DNA from: Fidelibacterota bacterium
GTDB taxonomy: Bacteria; Fidelibacterota; UBA2242
Direction of reading: 5' to 3'
Length of the DNA: 63,771 nt
Assembly (NCBI GenBank): GCA_049975265.1
Contig: JBNGDF010000004.1
Coordinates: 1-63,771, forward strand
Shown: positions 1-10,005 of the stretch, one piece after another
Layout: each line of letters starts with the position of its first letter
Numbering within the stretch: position 1 is the stretch's first letter
Position numbers and translations under genes: made by a program
The notes under the pieces: generated by a model
What the model saw: the letters and a program-made list of their open reading frames with translations, nothing else
What the model was told of the DNA's origin: nothing
The model's database searches: none

Positions 1-191
1 AGGAGATCAAACAGCAGGGTAAATGAAATTGCCTGGTGGACAGGATAACAGGATAACCAGGATTGGAATTTGTTTTTCATTTTTGTCTTGTATCTTTGCG
101 GTACCCTTTTTTTGCGGATATTCTTTGCATAATTGCGGATTCTTTTGTTATTTATTTATCATGTTGTGATTAGATTTAACGGGGAAATAGA

Positions 192-1295
192 ATGAGAAGC
201 ACCCTGATTCCTTTTTTATGCTTGACCCTGGTCGCCTGTAGCGGGCGCAAAGAACTGGTGGAGCAGGAAACTGACAGAACGTCGGCACGTTCCTCCGGAT
301 CGTCGGTGGGTACCCTGAAAACCCCGGTCACGTTTTTACCATCTTACCGGGATGCGGGCGGTCCTCATCTGAAACTCGACTCACTGAACCGCATTATTCC
401 GTTAGATGATGATCTTATCGAGACAATTTCTAACTACCATTCAAAACAACAGCCGTGGGAGGTGGATTCCACCGGTCATGGAATGAGGGTACGGTACTAC
501 GCACCCGGACTTGTCCCGGATGAACTTTTAAAAGAGGAATTACATCCGGAAAAAGCCCGGGAGCAGGCGCATTACAAGGCGGTTTTTGATGTTCACAACC
601 GGCTGGTTTCGCTGGAATATGTCGGCGATCAGGCGCTGGCGACACCACCGGTGGATAATCTGAAAGCCCTTTATGCCAGTTATTGGAATATTGTCACGAA
701 TCAGCGGATCAATTATGTTGATGAAAATGGAAATCGCCCGCCGCCACGGATAAAATTTTATACCGATGGGGCGAAATATGTGCACCGGATTGAGTATATA
801 AACCGGAACAGAGATCTGGTGGCGACGGGTAGCTATTTATACGGTGTTAAGCATCTGATACTGGAACAGCGGATTATCTTTCCGCAAGGTGGATACCTCA
901 CAGACCTGCATCCCGATCTGTTTTACAGGCAATTTGACCGGGTAGAGCCGGACTGGGTGGTGAAATGTCTCTATGGTGGCAGAAACGAATTAACTGAACT
1001 GATTATTATGCGGGACGACGGGATGATTTTTTATCGCTACTCTTTCGAACAGTTGATTTTTCACGGTCAGCGGATCGTTGAGGTGCGGGTTTATAATGCC
1101 GAAAAGGAACAGGTTGGTCGTTATGAGCTCTATTTTGATCTCGACGGCGGACTGGTTAAAAAATTGTATATTTCCCCCGAGCGTCAAATCAGTGGATACA
1201 AAACCTATACCCTGGACAGAGAAAATATGCGAATTGCCATCAGCAGCTATGATGTTGCCGGCGATCTCCTCAGCAGGATCTACAGGGAGTTGTGA
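192..1295 (+). CDS. Putative lipoprotein of unknown function with YD/MORN-like beta repeats
   Basis: 367 aa ORF. N-terminal lipobox LTLVAC. GGGG RBS upstream. Recurring Y/F-D-x-x-G/N-x-L units (VFDVHNRLV, YFDLDGGLV, SYDVAGDLL). Confidence 0.7.
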   Translation: MRSTLIPFLCLTLVACSGRKELVEQETDRTSARSSGSSVGTLKTPVTFLPSYRDAGGPHLKLDSLNRIIPLDDDLIETISNYHSKQQPWEVDSTGHGMRVRYYAPGLVPDELLKEELHPEKAREQAHYKAVFDVHNRLVSLEYVGDQALATPPVDNLKALYASYWNIVTNQRINYVDENGNRPPPRIKFYTDGAKYVHRIEYINRNRDLVATGSYLYGVKHLILEQRIIFPQGGYLTDLHPDLFYRQFDRVEPDWVVKCLYGGRNELTELIIMRDDGMIFYRYSFEQLIFHGQRIVEVRVYNAEKEQVGRYELYFDLDGGLVKKLYISPERQISGYKTYTLDRENMRIAISSYDVAGDLLSRIYREL

Positions 1296-3457
1296 GTAAA
1301 AAAGAGATCATCTTTCGAGTCGTCATTGTAGTCTTGGGAATTGCCCTTATCCGCTGCGCTCAGGAGAAGGACGATCGCATCGCCCCGGAGGTGAACGTAA
1401 CGGCTCCCGAGAACAATGCCGTTGTCAGCGGTTTATATGCCGTTAGGTGTACGGCAATTGATAATGAAAGCGTTGTGGGTGTTAAAATCATCATCGACGG
1501 TAACATGACGGACGGAGAGGCGGAATCGACGAATAGTTATCGCTATCGCTGGAACACCACCAATCAGGAAGATCTGAGCCGGCATGTGATTTCGGCGCAA
1601 GCCTACGATGCATCGGATAACATCGGCTTATCGGATTCAGTGGTCTGTTACGTGGATAATCGTGGGGTGGCACCGCTGCCTGTCACCCTTGCCGAGCCGC
1701 AGAATATCGGCAAACATTCGGTTACTCTCAGCTGGACGGCGAGTATTGATAAGGATTTTCTGGAGTACCGGGTTTTCCGGAACAGCACCAATGTTTGGGA
1801 TGGGGCGGAGATTCTACTGACGTCTCTCAGGAATCCCTGGCAGACGGTGTACGTGGATAACGGCATGAATGCCGATTCCAGTTGGGTAACGCCTTGGGGA
1901 TTGGAGGAGAACCGCTATTATTACTATCGGATAGAGGTGCGGGACACCGTCGGACTTAGCAGTAACAGCAATATTGTCACGGCATTGACCAAATTGCCGG
2001 AAGCACCGGTATTGAAAGAGACCTATGAGGCGTCCAAGCTGTCGGCGACGATTTCCTGGTACAAATCCAGTGAGGATGTCCGCTATTACCGTATTCACCG
2101 TGCCCGTGTTCCGACGGTCGGCGCCAGTCTGGCAGATTCGATTGCGGTGCGGGCGGCAACCCAGAGCAGTTATGTGGACACGGGATTAACGGCTATGACG
2201 GTGTACTACTATCGTGTTTTTGTTGTCGATGAAGCGGGTTATTCTTCCGGCAGCAATGTCCTGCAGGTCAGCACCAAAGGAATTGGTACGGTAAATCTCT
2301 ATACGCCGGTTGGGAAGGATGTACAGAAGCACTCAATCCGGCTGAAATGGTCGTGCAGCCGGGAAGAGGACGAATGCGTCTATCACTTATATCGGGGAGA
2401 TGGTCCGGGTGTGACCGATTCCGATTGCTGTGTGGCATCGCTTTACCAGAGAGGCGATACGCTGTTCAATGATCAGAGATTAGAGGAAGGGCATCTTTAT
2501 TACTATACTGTCTATCTCGAGGATAGCCGGGGCAACCGCTCCAGGAGCAATGAAATCGGTGTCCGGACGCTGATTCTGCAACCGATAGAGCTGTCGGCTG
2601 CTTCCGTTGAAAAATACCGGATAGAGTTGCGGTGGGAACAGTATCCGGATAGTGATTTCGCCGGATATTATTTGTACCGGTCAACGGATGCCGGATTTGA
2701 TACCAGCAGTGCCGAGTTAAAGCGGTACTTTCGTGATGCGACTGTTACGAAGTTCAGCGATGAAGGGTTGAATCTTGAGACAGACTACTACTATCGCTTC
2801 TTTATTGTAGACAGCTACGGTTCAGACGCCGGTTCGGAGCTGGCAGTCCAGACCAAGGGTATCGAGCGGGTGGAGATCAAGGAAATCGTCCCCGTGAACG
2901 ATAGCTATTTTCGGGTCATCTATACGATGAATCGGGCGGATGAAGATTTTCAGTATTATGCAATTTATCGAAGTGAAAACAGCAATGTCAGTTCCACGGA
3001 TCTGCGGGTGGGCACCGTTCATGCCAGGGCTGATACAATTTTCGATGATGCGGTTCCGGCAACCCAAAATGCGGAGTATTTTTACCGGGTGTATGTCGTG
3101 GATGGGCACAATAATATCTCTACCGGCAGTAATGTTGTGGGGGACACGCTGAACTCGCCACCGGTGCCGGTGGAACTGAGTTTTGCCGGTTCGACGACCA
3201 GCTCCATCCAGTTGCGCTGGACGCTGGATCAAAATGATGATTTTTCGGTCTACGAGCTATACCGCAGCACGAAAAGTGAATTTACCAGAAGATCCCGGGA
3301 AGCCCGGAAAGTTGCGACGATTTCCAACAAAAATACGACCACTTATACAGAGAGCAATCTGCCCAGCGGGGTGTTTTATTATTATTGTATTTATGTGACA
3401 GATATTGGCGGAGAATCGTCGGCGAGCAACATTGTCAGTGCTTATACGGTACCATAA
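1292..3457 (+). CDS. Putative lipoprotein with an N-terminal bacterial Ig-like domain and about 6 fibronectin type III repeats
   Basis: GTG start overlaps the upstream stop. Hydrophobic leader ends ALIRC. Big-type domain (PEVNVTAP...YRWNTT...ISAQAYD). Six Fn3-like units with W...Y.(L/I/V)YR...YYY pattern. Confidence 0.8.
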   Translation: MSKKEIIFRVVIVVLGIALIRCAQEKDDRIAPEVNVTAPENNAVVSGLYAVRCTAIDNESVVGVKIIIDGNMTDGEAESTNSYRYRWNTTNQEDLSRHVISAQAYDASDNIGLSDSVVCYVDNRGVAPLPVTLAEPQNIGKHSVTLSWTASIDKDFLEYRVFRNSTNVWDGAEILLTSLRNPWQTVYVDNGMNADSSWVTPWGLEENRYYYYRIEVRDTVGLSSNSNIVTALTKLPEAPVLKETYEASKLSATISWYKSSEDVRYYRIHRARVPTVGASLADSIAVRAATQSSYVDTGLTAMTVYYYRVFVVDEAGYSSGSNVLQVSTKGIGTVNLYTPVGKDVQKHSIRLKWSCSREEDECVYHLYRGDGPGVTDSDCCVASLYQRGDTLFNDQRLEEGHLYYYTVYLEDSRGNRSRSNEIGVRTLILQPIELSAASVEKYRIELRWEQYPDSDFAGYYLYRSTDAGFDTSSAELKRYFRDATVTKFSDEGLNLETDYYYRFFIVDSYGSDAGSELAVQTKGIERVEIKEIVPVNDSYFRVIYTMNRADEDFQYYAIYRSENSNVSSTDLRVGTVHARADTIFDDAVPATQNAEYFYRVYVVDGHNNISTGSNVVGDTLNSPPVPVELSFAGSTTSSIQLRWTLDQNDDFSVYELYRSTKSEFTRRSREARKVATISNKNTTTYTESNLPSGVFYYYCIYVTDIGGESSASNIVSAYTVP

Positions 3458-3458
3458 G

Positions 3459-4244
3459 ATGCTGCTTAAGCGCCGGTTCAGTGTTCTGTTGTTAATGTCG
3501 GGACTGCTTTGCGGAATTGTATACTGTAGCCGGGAAACTACTGATCCGTCGGTTACAGCGATGGGCTTTACCGGTAAGCAATATCTGGAGATAGAAAATT
3601 CCGCTTCGTTAAAATCTGCATTTGCCGGGGATTTTACCATTGAGATGTGGGTTAGTGGAGACGATAGTCGCGCCGAGGTTGCGCGGACACTGATAATGGT
3701 TGGTAATAATGACGGCGGGAATGAAATTGCCATTTACCAGGGACCGGAGGATTCCAGCATGGTGGTGGTGTTTATTGATGAGCGGCCTTTCGGTCAGTTT
3801 TATGTGACCGGGCTGGACTGGAGCGCCGGTGAGAAGCACTATCTGTGTCTGTCGCGGGCGGCGAATTTTTTCTCGTTTTATGTCGACGGACGGCGTCTCC
3901 GATCAATAGCGCTGGATGATATTGACCTGGATATCGGCACGAGCAACCTGTTAATTGGCGGCGACTATGACGGGTTCAACAGCAACTCGGGGAATTACTG
4001 GATGGGGACGATTGATGAAGTGCGGTTATGGTCGAAGGCGATTCACTCGGAGGAGGTGAGTTTCCATCATCGCAATCCCGACAAACTGACAGAGCATTAT
4101 AGCGCTGACGGATTAACGCCATTAAAGGGTTTTTGGCGGTTTAATCGGGAGTACAGCGGCTATGTGCCCGATGAGAGCGGCAACGGCAATCACGCCGTTA
4201 TCCGGGGGGACAGCCAATCGCTCTACTGGGTGACCGCTCCTTAA
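3459..4244 (+). CDS. LamG/concanavalin-A-like jelly-roll domain protein, putative lipoprotein
   Basis: ATG at 3459 immediately follows the upstream stop. Leader ends IVYC. LamG_3 hallmarks FTIEMWV, FYVDG, GTIDEVRLWS and GFWRFN...DESGNGNHA. Confidence 0.8.
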   Translation: MLLKRRFSVLLLMSGLLCGIVYCSRETTDPSVTAMGFTGKQYLEIENSASLKSAFAGDFTIEMWVSGDDSRAEVARTLIMVGNNDGGNEIAIYQGPEDSSMVVVFIDERPFGQFYVTGLDWSAGEKHYLCLSRAANFFSFYVDGRRLRSIALDDIDLDIGTSNLLIGGDYDGFNSNSGNYWMGTIDEVRLWSKAIHSEEVSFHHRNPDKLTEHYSADGLTPLKGFWRFNREYSGYVPDESGNGNHAVIRGDSQSLYWVTAP

Positions 4245-4350
4245 CCGGTATTTTGCATGGTTTTTGTGATATAGCGCAACAATTTTAAGACAGATTGATG
4301 GTATATTAGTACCGGATTGTAAGAATTGACACACAAACCCCACTACCCTC

Positions 4351-5253
4351 TCAGTCCGGTGTACTCACACCGGACTTTTCGTTACCGATGTGGCGGATGT
4401 AGTCGGGTCCGGTTTCGCAGCAACCGCCGACGATTTGAACCCCTTTATCGAACCAGAAATTTGCGATGCCGGCAAAGCGTTGCGGGGTAAAATCCGGATC
4501 GGTTTGCCAGCCCTGCCGGGGATCGTAATAGCCGGCATTGGGATAAACCATTAGTGGTAGTTGAATTGATGCAATATAATTCTGTAGAAAACCGGTAATG
4601 ATACTGTGATGGCAGCAGTTGATTGACAGGATCTGCACCCCAATGTCCGTCATGCGGCTCAGGGCGCTGCTGATTTGTTCGCCATTGAAAAGATGATTCT
4701 TATCGCGCAGGATGAAGCTGACGGCGACCGGCAGTCCGGTATTTAGTGCTGCACGGGCGGCAGCTTCCGCTTCGGTGATGCTGTTCATGGTTTCGATCAG
4801 GATAAAGTCGATATCGGTTTCCGCCAGCCAACGGGCTTTTTCCCGGTGTTCGGCGAATGCGATATCGTAAGGCGGCGCCAGGTCCGGGCGATAGCAATCC
4901 TCCAGCGGCGACATGGATCCCGCCAGCCAGACCTTTTTACCGGAAGGAGCACGATCGATGGCGCTGCGTGCCAGTGCCACAGCCTGCAAAGTCGCCTGTC
5001 GGGCATCCTCAGCTGTCAATCCCGCTTTTTGAAAAGTCCGGGTGTCTATCCGGAAAGTGTTGGTGGTGATGATATCGGCACCTGCTTTGATGTAGTCGGT
5101 GTGAATTTCGCAGATGGTCTGTGGGTGGGTTTGAATGGCGGCGGCAGACCAGAGCGGAAGTTTTGTATTGACACCGCGATGGACCAATTCGGTGCCCATG
5201 GGACCGTCCAGGATGAGTTTGTTGTTGCTTATGATGCATTCGGAAAAATTCAT
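4351..5253 (-). CDS. Homocysteine S-methyltransferase family protein
   Basis: LDGPMGTEL, AGADIITTNTF, ETM, INCC, YPNAG and GGCCET zinc-binding motifs. Confidence 0.9.
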   Translation of the reverse strand: MNFSECIISNNKLILDGPMGTELVHRGVNTKLPLWSAAAIQTHPQTICEIHTDYIKAGADIITTNTFRIDTRTFQKAGLTAEDARQATLQAVALARSAIDRAPSGKKVWLAGSMSPLEDCYRPDLAPPYDIAFAEHREKARWLAETDIDFILIETMNSITEAEAAARAALNTGLPVAVSFILRDKNHLFNGEQISSALSRMTDIGVQILSINCCHHSIITGFLQNYIASIQLPLMVYPNAGYYDPRQGWQTDPDFTPQRFAGIANFWFDKGVQIVGGCCETGPDYIRHIGNEKSGVSTPD

Positions 5254-5283
5254 ACCGGATGAAAATTTATGGTCGGTACAGAA

Positions 5284-6312
5284 TCATCGACCGAACTCTT
5301 TTGCCGCTGCCAGCATGGTTAAATAATTCTCGAATTTGACATATTCCGGGATACTGTTTCCAGAGCCGACACAATAGCCGCCGTTGTAGGCGGCTTCTTC
5401 GATGTTTTTCCGTACCTGTTTGCGCACTTCATCGGGAGCTCCTCTCGATAAGAGGTCTACGTCCACATGTCCGATCAGGCAAAGGCGGTCGCCGTAACGC
5501 TGCTTGACCTCCGCCAGCGCCATCGCCTGCGGCTCGATGGGATGCAGAGCATCCACACCGGAATCGATAATATCCTCCATGACTTCATATACTTTTCCGT
5601 CGGTATGATAGATTAGCGGTTTATCAGAGGCTCTGGCAAGGTCGCCGATCTTTTTCAACCAGGGAAAAAAATACCGGCGCAGTACTGCCGGTGACAGCAT
5701 CAATCCGGAAATATAAGCGATATCGTCGCTGTACCAGAGTACATCCACCGCGTCACACTGGGCGAAATACTCAAACATGCTGAGCACCAGATTGCCGATG
5801 GTGTCAAAAAGCGCTTCAACCAGTTCGGGATTATCATACAGAGCAAAGGAAAACTCTTCGAAGCCCATCAGCTCCCAGACCATGGTGAAGATGTCCCCGT
5901 ACTGACCGATGACGCCCATGCCGTCCGGCAGGTATTGCGTCACCGCTTCAAATTTTGAGTAATCGAAGTCCTCTTTTTTAGGAAAACGGTATTTCTCAAA
6001 GTCTTCAAAGGAACGAATCAGCCCTTTGCCTTCGGTAGCCCAATTTCGCGAGACCGAACCGTCATCATTGAGAGTGATATTTTCGTGGTCCTGCAAGAAT
6101 AATTTGTCGGGATTAAAGTCGGCGGTGGGTTGGAGCTTGATATAATCATAACCGGCGGCATGCCAGAAGTCCACGTCGTCTTTGAGGGTTAGAATCGGTC
6201 GATCCAGGAAACGTTCCTTGATGAGGGGATGAACCCCCAGTTCGGCAACCGGCACGTAGCGGGCTTTTTGACGTTTTAATGTTTGCTTGAACTGTTCGAT
6301 GTCCGGATTCAT
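5284..6312 (-). CDS. Uroporphyrinogen decarboxylase (UroD/MtaA-CmuA) superfamily protein
   Basis: LMGFEEF...YDNPELV, SDDIAY..GLMLSP, YHTDG, GVDALHPIEP, GGY.VGSGNSIP. ATG 6312 has a GAGAG RBS; the alternative start is GTG 6324. Confidence 0.85.
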   Translation of the reverse strand: MNPDIEQFKQTLKRQKARYVPVAELGVHPLIKERFLDRPILTLKDDVDFWHAAGYDYIKLQPTADFNPDKLFLQDHENITLNDDGSVSRNWATEGKGLIRSFEDFEKYRFPKKEDFDYSKFEAVTQYLPDGMGVIGQYGDIFTMVWELMGFEEFSFALYDNPELVEALFDTIGNLVLSMFEYFAQCDAVDVLWYSDDIAYISGLMLSPAVLRRYFFPWLKKIGDLARASDKPLIYHTDGKVYEVMEDIIDSGVDALHPIEPQAMALAEVKQRYGDRLCLIGHVDVDLLSRGAPDEVRKQVRKNIEEAAYNGGYCVGSGNSIPEYVKFENYLTMLAAAKEFGR

Positions 6313-6423
6313 AATAACTCTCACTAATTTAATAAATTCTGCTTTGAATGAATGGGAATTTACCGGTTTTTCGGCGGTTCGGCACTATTATTTTACATTT
6401 TTCAATTGTAACTTTGGCGTGAA

Positions 6424-7023
6424 ATGATAGGTAATGGAACCGATTATACAGAGCGAAAGAAGAGTAAAGCGGTGTTTCTGGATCGGGATGGAACGCTCAA
6501 TACTGACAGTGCCGAATATATCAAATCCCGGAATGAATTTCGCCTGTTTGATTTCACCGGAGAGGCTTTGGCGATCCTGACCCGGCTCGGATATAAAAAT
6601 ATCGTGATCACCAATCAGTCGGCGGTGGGGCGGAAAATGCTGACCGTTGAGGATCTCGATGCGATTCATGCGAAATTGAGACAGGAGCTGCAAAAAGCCG
6701 GTGCGGTTCTGGATGATATTTATTACTGTCCGCATTTGCCGGAGGATGAATGCGATTGCCGGAAACCGAAAACCGCCAATCTGGTTCAGGCGATTGCCGA
6801 GCACGATGTCGAGATCGCCGAATCTTTTTTTATCGGAGATTCATATAAAGATATCCAGACGGGAGCGGCAGCAGGTTTGCGAACAATTTTGGTGCAAACG
6901 GGTCTGAAACCATTATCACCGGAGCAGATCGCGGCATGGTGCCCGCAGCCGGATTTTGTGGCGGATGATCTTTTGGCGGCAGCCCGCTTAATCGAAGACC
7001 TGGAAAGGGATCGGAACGTATGA
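6424..7023 (+). CDS. gmhB: D-glycero-D-manno-heptose 1,7-bisphosphate phosphatase (HAD-IIIA)
   Basis: FLDRDGTLN, ITNQS, YYCPH...CDCRKPK and FIGDS..DI motifs. Confidence 0.9.
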   Translation: MIGNGTDYTERKKSKAVFLDRDGTLNTDSAEYIKSRNEFRLFDFTGEALAILTRLGYKNIVITNQSAVGRKMLTVEDLDAIHAKLRQELQKAGAVLDDIYYCPHLPEDECDCRKPKTANLVQAIAEHDVEIAESFFIGDSYKDIQTGAAAGLRTILVQTGLKPLSPEQIAAWCPQPDFVADDLLAAARLIEDLERDRNV

Positions 7024-8015
7024 AAATCGTGGTGCTGATGGGTGGCACGTCCTCAGAACGGGAAGTATCGCTCTCCAGCGGTCGAAACGTTGCGGCGGCG
7101 TTGGATCGGAGTGGACATGAGGTCATCCTTCTTGACACGGTCTTTCCGATGGAGCAGCGGCAAAAATCTTTGCCGGTCACCGAAAAGGAGATGAAGGACG
7201 GTGACCGAAACCTGGTGTATCTGCTGACGGACCCGCAGATTCAGGCGGTCGATTTCATCTTTAGTGCGCTGCATGGCGGCAGCGGCGAAAACGGTGTTGT
7301 TCAGGGACTTTTGCAGACGTTGGGATTCCGGTTTAACGGTTCCAGTGCCGAAGGCTGTGCCATTGCCATGGATAAAGTCATTACGAAAATGATTTTTGAG
7401 AAGAATGGTATTCCTACACCGAAATGGATGTACTTTGAGCGTAAAAACGGTTTGGATTATCCCGCAATTGAGACAGCTATCAAGCAGAATTTCAGCTTTC
7501 CGCTGGTGATTAAACCCGGTCATGAGGGTTCCACAGTCGGTTTGACCATTGTGGAGAAAAGAGAACAGATTCAGCCGGCGGTTGATGAAGCCTTGAAGTA
7601 TAACTCGGTTTTTCTGGTGGAAGAATATATTGCCGGTCGGGAATTGACGGTGGCGATTCTTGGCGAGCGAGCATTGCCGATCGTGGAAATTCGTCCCCGG
7701 CACGGCATTTATGATTATGAATGTAAATACATCAGCGGCATGAGCGAATATCAGGTTCCGGCGGAGCTGGATGCCCGGCTTGCGGCGGAAATCCAGGAGC
7801 AATCCGTCAGGGCGTTTCATCTGTTACGCTGCGGCGGGTACGGGCGGATGGATCTGCGTCTGAGCAGTGATCAGCAGCCCTTTTTTCTGGAGATGAATAC
7901 CTTACCGGGAATGACGGCGACCAGCCTGGTTCCCAAAGCCGCCAAAGCGGTGGGTTTGAGTTTTGAAGAACTGTTGGAGGAAATTATTCGACTGGGATTG
8001 AGAGACCATGAGTAG
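7020..8015 (+). CDS. ddl: D-alanine--D-alanine ligase
   Basis: GGTSSEREVSLSSG, LHGGSGENG, MDK, GSTVG, YDYECKY omega loop, EMNTLPGMT. Confidence 0.95.
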   Translation: MKIVVLMGGTSSEREVSLSSGRNVAAALDRSGHEVILLDTVFPMEQRQKSLPVTEKEMKDGDRNLVYLLTDPQIQAVDFIFSALHGGSGENGVVQGLLQTLGFRFNGSSAEGCAIAMDKVITKMIFEKNGIPTPKWMYFERKNGLDYPAIETAIKQNFSFPLVIKPGHEGSTVGLTIVEKREQIQPAVDEALKYNSVFLVEEYIAGRELTVAILGERALPIVEIRPRHGIYDYECKYISGMSEYQVPAELDARLAAEIQEQSVRAFHLLRCGGYGRMDLRLSSDQQPFFLEMNTLPGMTATSLVPKAAKAVGLSFEELLEEIIRLGLRDHE

Positions 8016-8592
8016 TGCGAGCGATGCCAACATAGTCTCGACATTGGACTACAGCGTACCCTGCTGGTTCGCAGTGTATACGAAAGCACGTCATGAAAAA
8101 AAGGTCAAGGCGCTCCTGGATGAGAAGCAGATTGAAAACTATCTGCCCCTGATCAAGGAGTATCATCGCTGGACGGATCGGAAACAGCGGGTGGAGGTGC
8201 CGCTAATCCGCAGTTATATTTTTGTTCGGATTGCGGCAAAAAACGCCGTGTATGTGCTCGAAGTGCCCGGAGCGGTCCGGTTTGTCAAATTTCAAAATGA
8301 GGTTGCGCCGATTCCCGATTTTCAGATTGAGGCGCTTAAGAGGGTGATCGAGAGCGGTGTTGATTTCCGGGCCCGGAAATATTTGAAAACCGGTCAGATG
8401 GTCGAAGTTGAAGATGGACCACTGAAGGGGATCATCGGAAAGATTCAGCGTATCGAGAATGAGAGCCGGTTTGTGATCACGCTGGACGCCCCCCAGGCAG
8501 CCTACGAGGTGCAGGTTGATCCGAAGTATCTCAAGCCGTATGATAAAAAGGACAGCCGTATCGTTAGAGTTTCTTTACCTTTGGGAATGTAG
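8008..8592 (+). CDS. UpxY-family NusG paralog (transcription antiterminator)
   Basis: NGN domain WFAVYTKARHEKKV...RWTDRKQRVEVPLIRSYIFV and KOW motif GQMVEVEDGPLKGIIG. Confidence 0.88.
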   Translation: MSSASDANIVSTLDYSVPCWFAVYTKARHEKKVKALLDEKQIENYLPLIKEYHRWTDRKQRVEVPLIRSYIFVRIAAKNAVYVLEVPGAVRFVKFQNEVAPIPDFQIEALKRVIESGVDFRARKYLKTGQMVEVEDGPLKGIIGKIQRIENESRFVITLDAPQAAYEVQVDPKYLKPYDKKDSRIVRVSLPLGM

Positions 8593-8595
8593 CAT

Positions 8596-9999
8596 ATGGA
8601 AACCTGTTTTTATAATACCATGACACGGAAAAAAGAGGTATTCAGACCGATTGTTTCCGGAGTAGTGCGGATGTACACCTGCGGACCGACAGTATACAAT
8701 TACGCTCACATCGGAAATTTTAGGGCTTACATTTTTGAAGACCTGCTGCGACGCTACCTCAAATTCAAGGGCTACGATGTCATTCAGGTGATGAACATTA
8801 CCGATGTGGACGATAAGATCATCCGGGACGCCAACCGGAGTGGCAAGTCGATCCGGGAGTTCACTCGACCGTATCAGGAGGCGTTTTTTGAGGATTTGGA
8901 TACGTTGGGGATCGAACGGGCGGAGCATTATCCCGCCGCCACCGAACATATCGAAGAGATGGTGGCTCTGATCCAGGCGATTCTGGAGCGTGGGTATGCT
9001 TACCGGACCGAAGATGGTTCGATCTATTTCCGTGTATCCGCTTTTCCCGGTTACGGCAGGCTGGCGCATCTAAATGTCGACGAGATGCAACGGGGCGAGC
9101 GGGTTCAGAACGATGAGTACGAAAAGGAAGAAATCCGGGATTTTGCTTTGTGGAAGGGCTGGAAAGAGGAGGATGGTCCCGTTTACTGGGAGACCGAGAT
9201 CGGCAAGGGGCGTCCGGGTTGGCATATTGAATGTTCCGCCATGAGTATGAAATACCTGGGGACGCATTTCGATATTCATACCGGCGGGGTGGACAACATT
9301 TTCCCCCACCACGAGAATGAAATTGCCCAAAGCGAAGCAGCCACCGGCGAACGGTTCGTCAATTACTGGCTGCACTGCGCGCATCTGATGGTTGAGGGTG
9401 ATAAAATGAGCAAATCGGCGGGTAATTTTTACCGGCTGCGGGAGCTGCTGGACAGAGGGATCGATGCCAAAGCGATTCGCTATGTGTTGCTGAGCACCCA
9501 TTACCGGCAAAAACTGAATTTTACTTTTGATAAAGTCGCTGCTGCTGCGAAAAATATCACCCGGTTGCGGGATTTCCGGAAATCTCTGGATCAGTCATAC
9601 CCGCATGGGCTCGTCCAGGTTGATCGGATCGTCAGCAAGTACCGGAGTGATTTTGAAGCGGCGCTGGATGATGATCTGAACATTTCCGGGGCACTGGGTG
9701 CCGTCTTTTCGCTGGTTCATGAGATTAATAATTATCGAAGCAGTACACCCCTGTTTGATGCGGACCGCGACGCCATCGTGAATTTTTTAAAATGGGTAGA
9801 TTCGATTTTAAATATATTGGAAGAGTCGGAAGATCGGCTGAGTCCCGCCGAGCGTGAATTGATCGATGCCCGTGCCCGTGCCAGAAAAGAGCGCAATTGG
9901 GCAGAGGCTGACCGGATTCGGGACCTGCTTTTGGAGAAAGGGATTATTCTGGAAGATACACCCCAGGGAACCCACTGGAAGCGGAAAATTCAAACGTGA
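8596..9999 (+). CDS. cysS: Cysteine--tRNA ligase
   Basis: CGPTVY, HIGN, GRPGWHIECSAM, FPHHENE, KMSKS. Confidence 0.97.
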   Translation: METCFYNTMTRKKEVFRPIVSGVVRMYTCGPTVYNYAHIGNFRAYIFEDLLRRYLKFKGYDVIQVMNITDVDDKIIRDANRSGKSIREFTRPYQEAFFEDLDTLGIERAEHYPAATEHIEEMVALIQAILERGYAYRTEDGSIYFRVSAFPGYGRLAHLNVDEMQRGERVQNDEYEKEEIRDFALWKGWKEEDGPVYWETEIGKGRPGWHIECSAMSMKYLGTHFDIHTGGVDNIFPHHENEIAQSEAATGERFVNYWLHCAHLMVEGDKMSKSAGNFYRLRELLDRGIDAKAIRYVLLSTHYRQKLNFTFDKVAAAAKNITRLRDFRKSLDQSYPHGLVQVDRIVSKYRSDFEAALDDDLNISGALGAVFSLVHEINNYRSSTPLFDADRDAIVNFLKWVDSILNILEESEDRLSPAERELIDARARARKERNWAEADRIRDLLLEKGIILEDTPQGTHWKRKIQT

Positions 10000-10005
10000 T
10001 GGTTA

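Noticed and set aside
1..26. 3' end of an upstream CDS (...EIKQQGK*)
   Set aside because: Only 7 codons are visible, too few to support a call.
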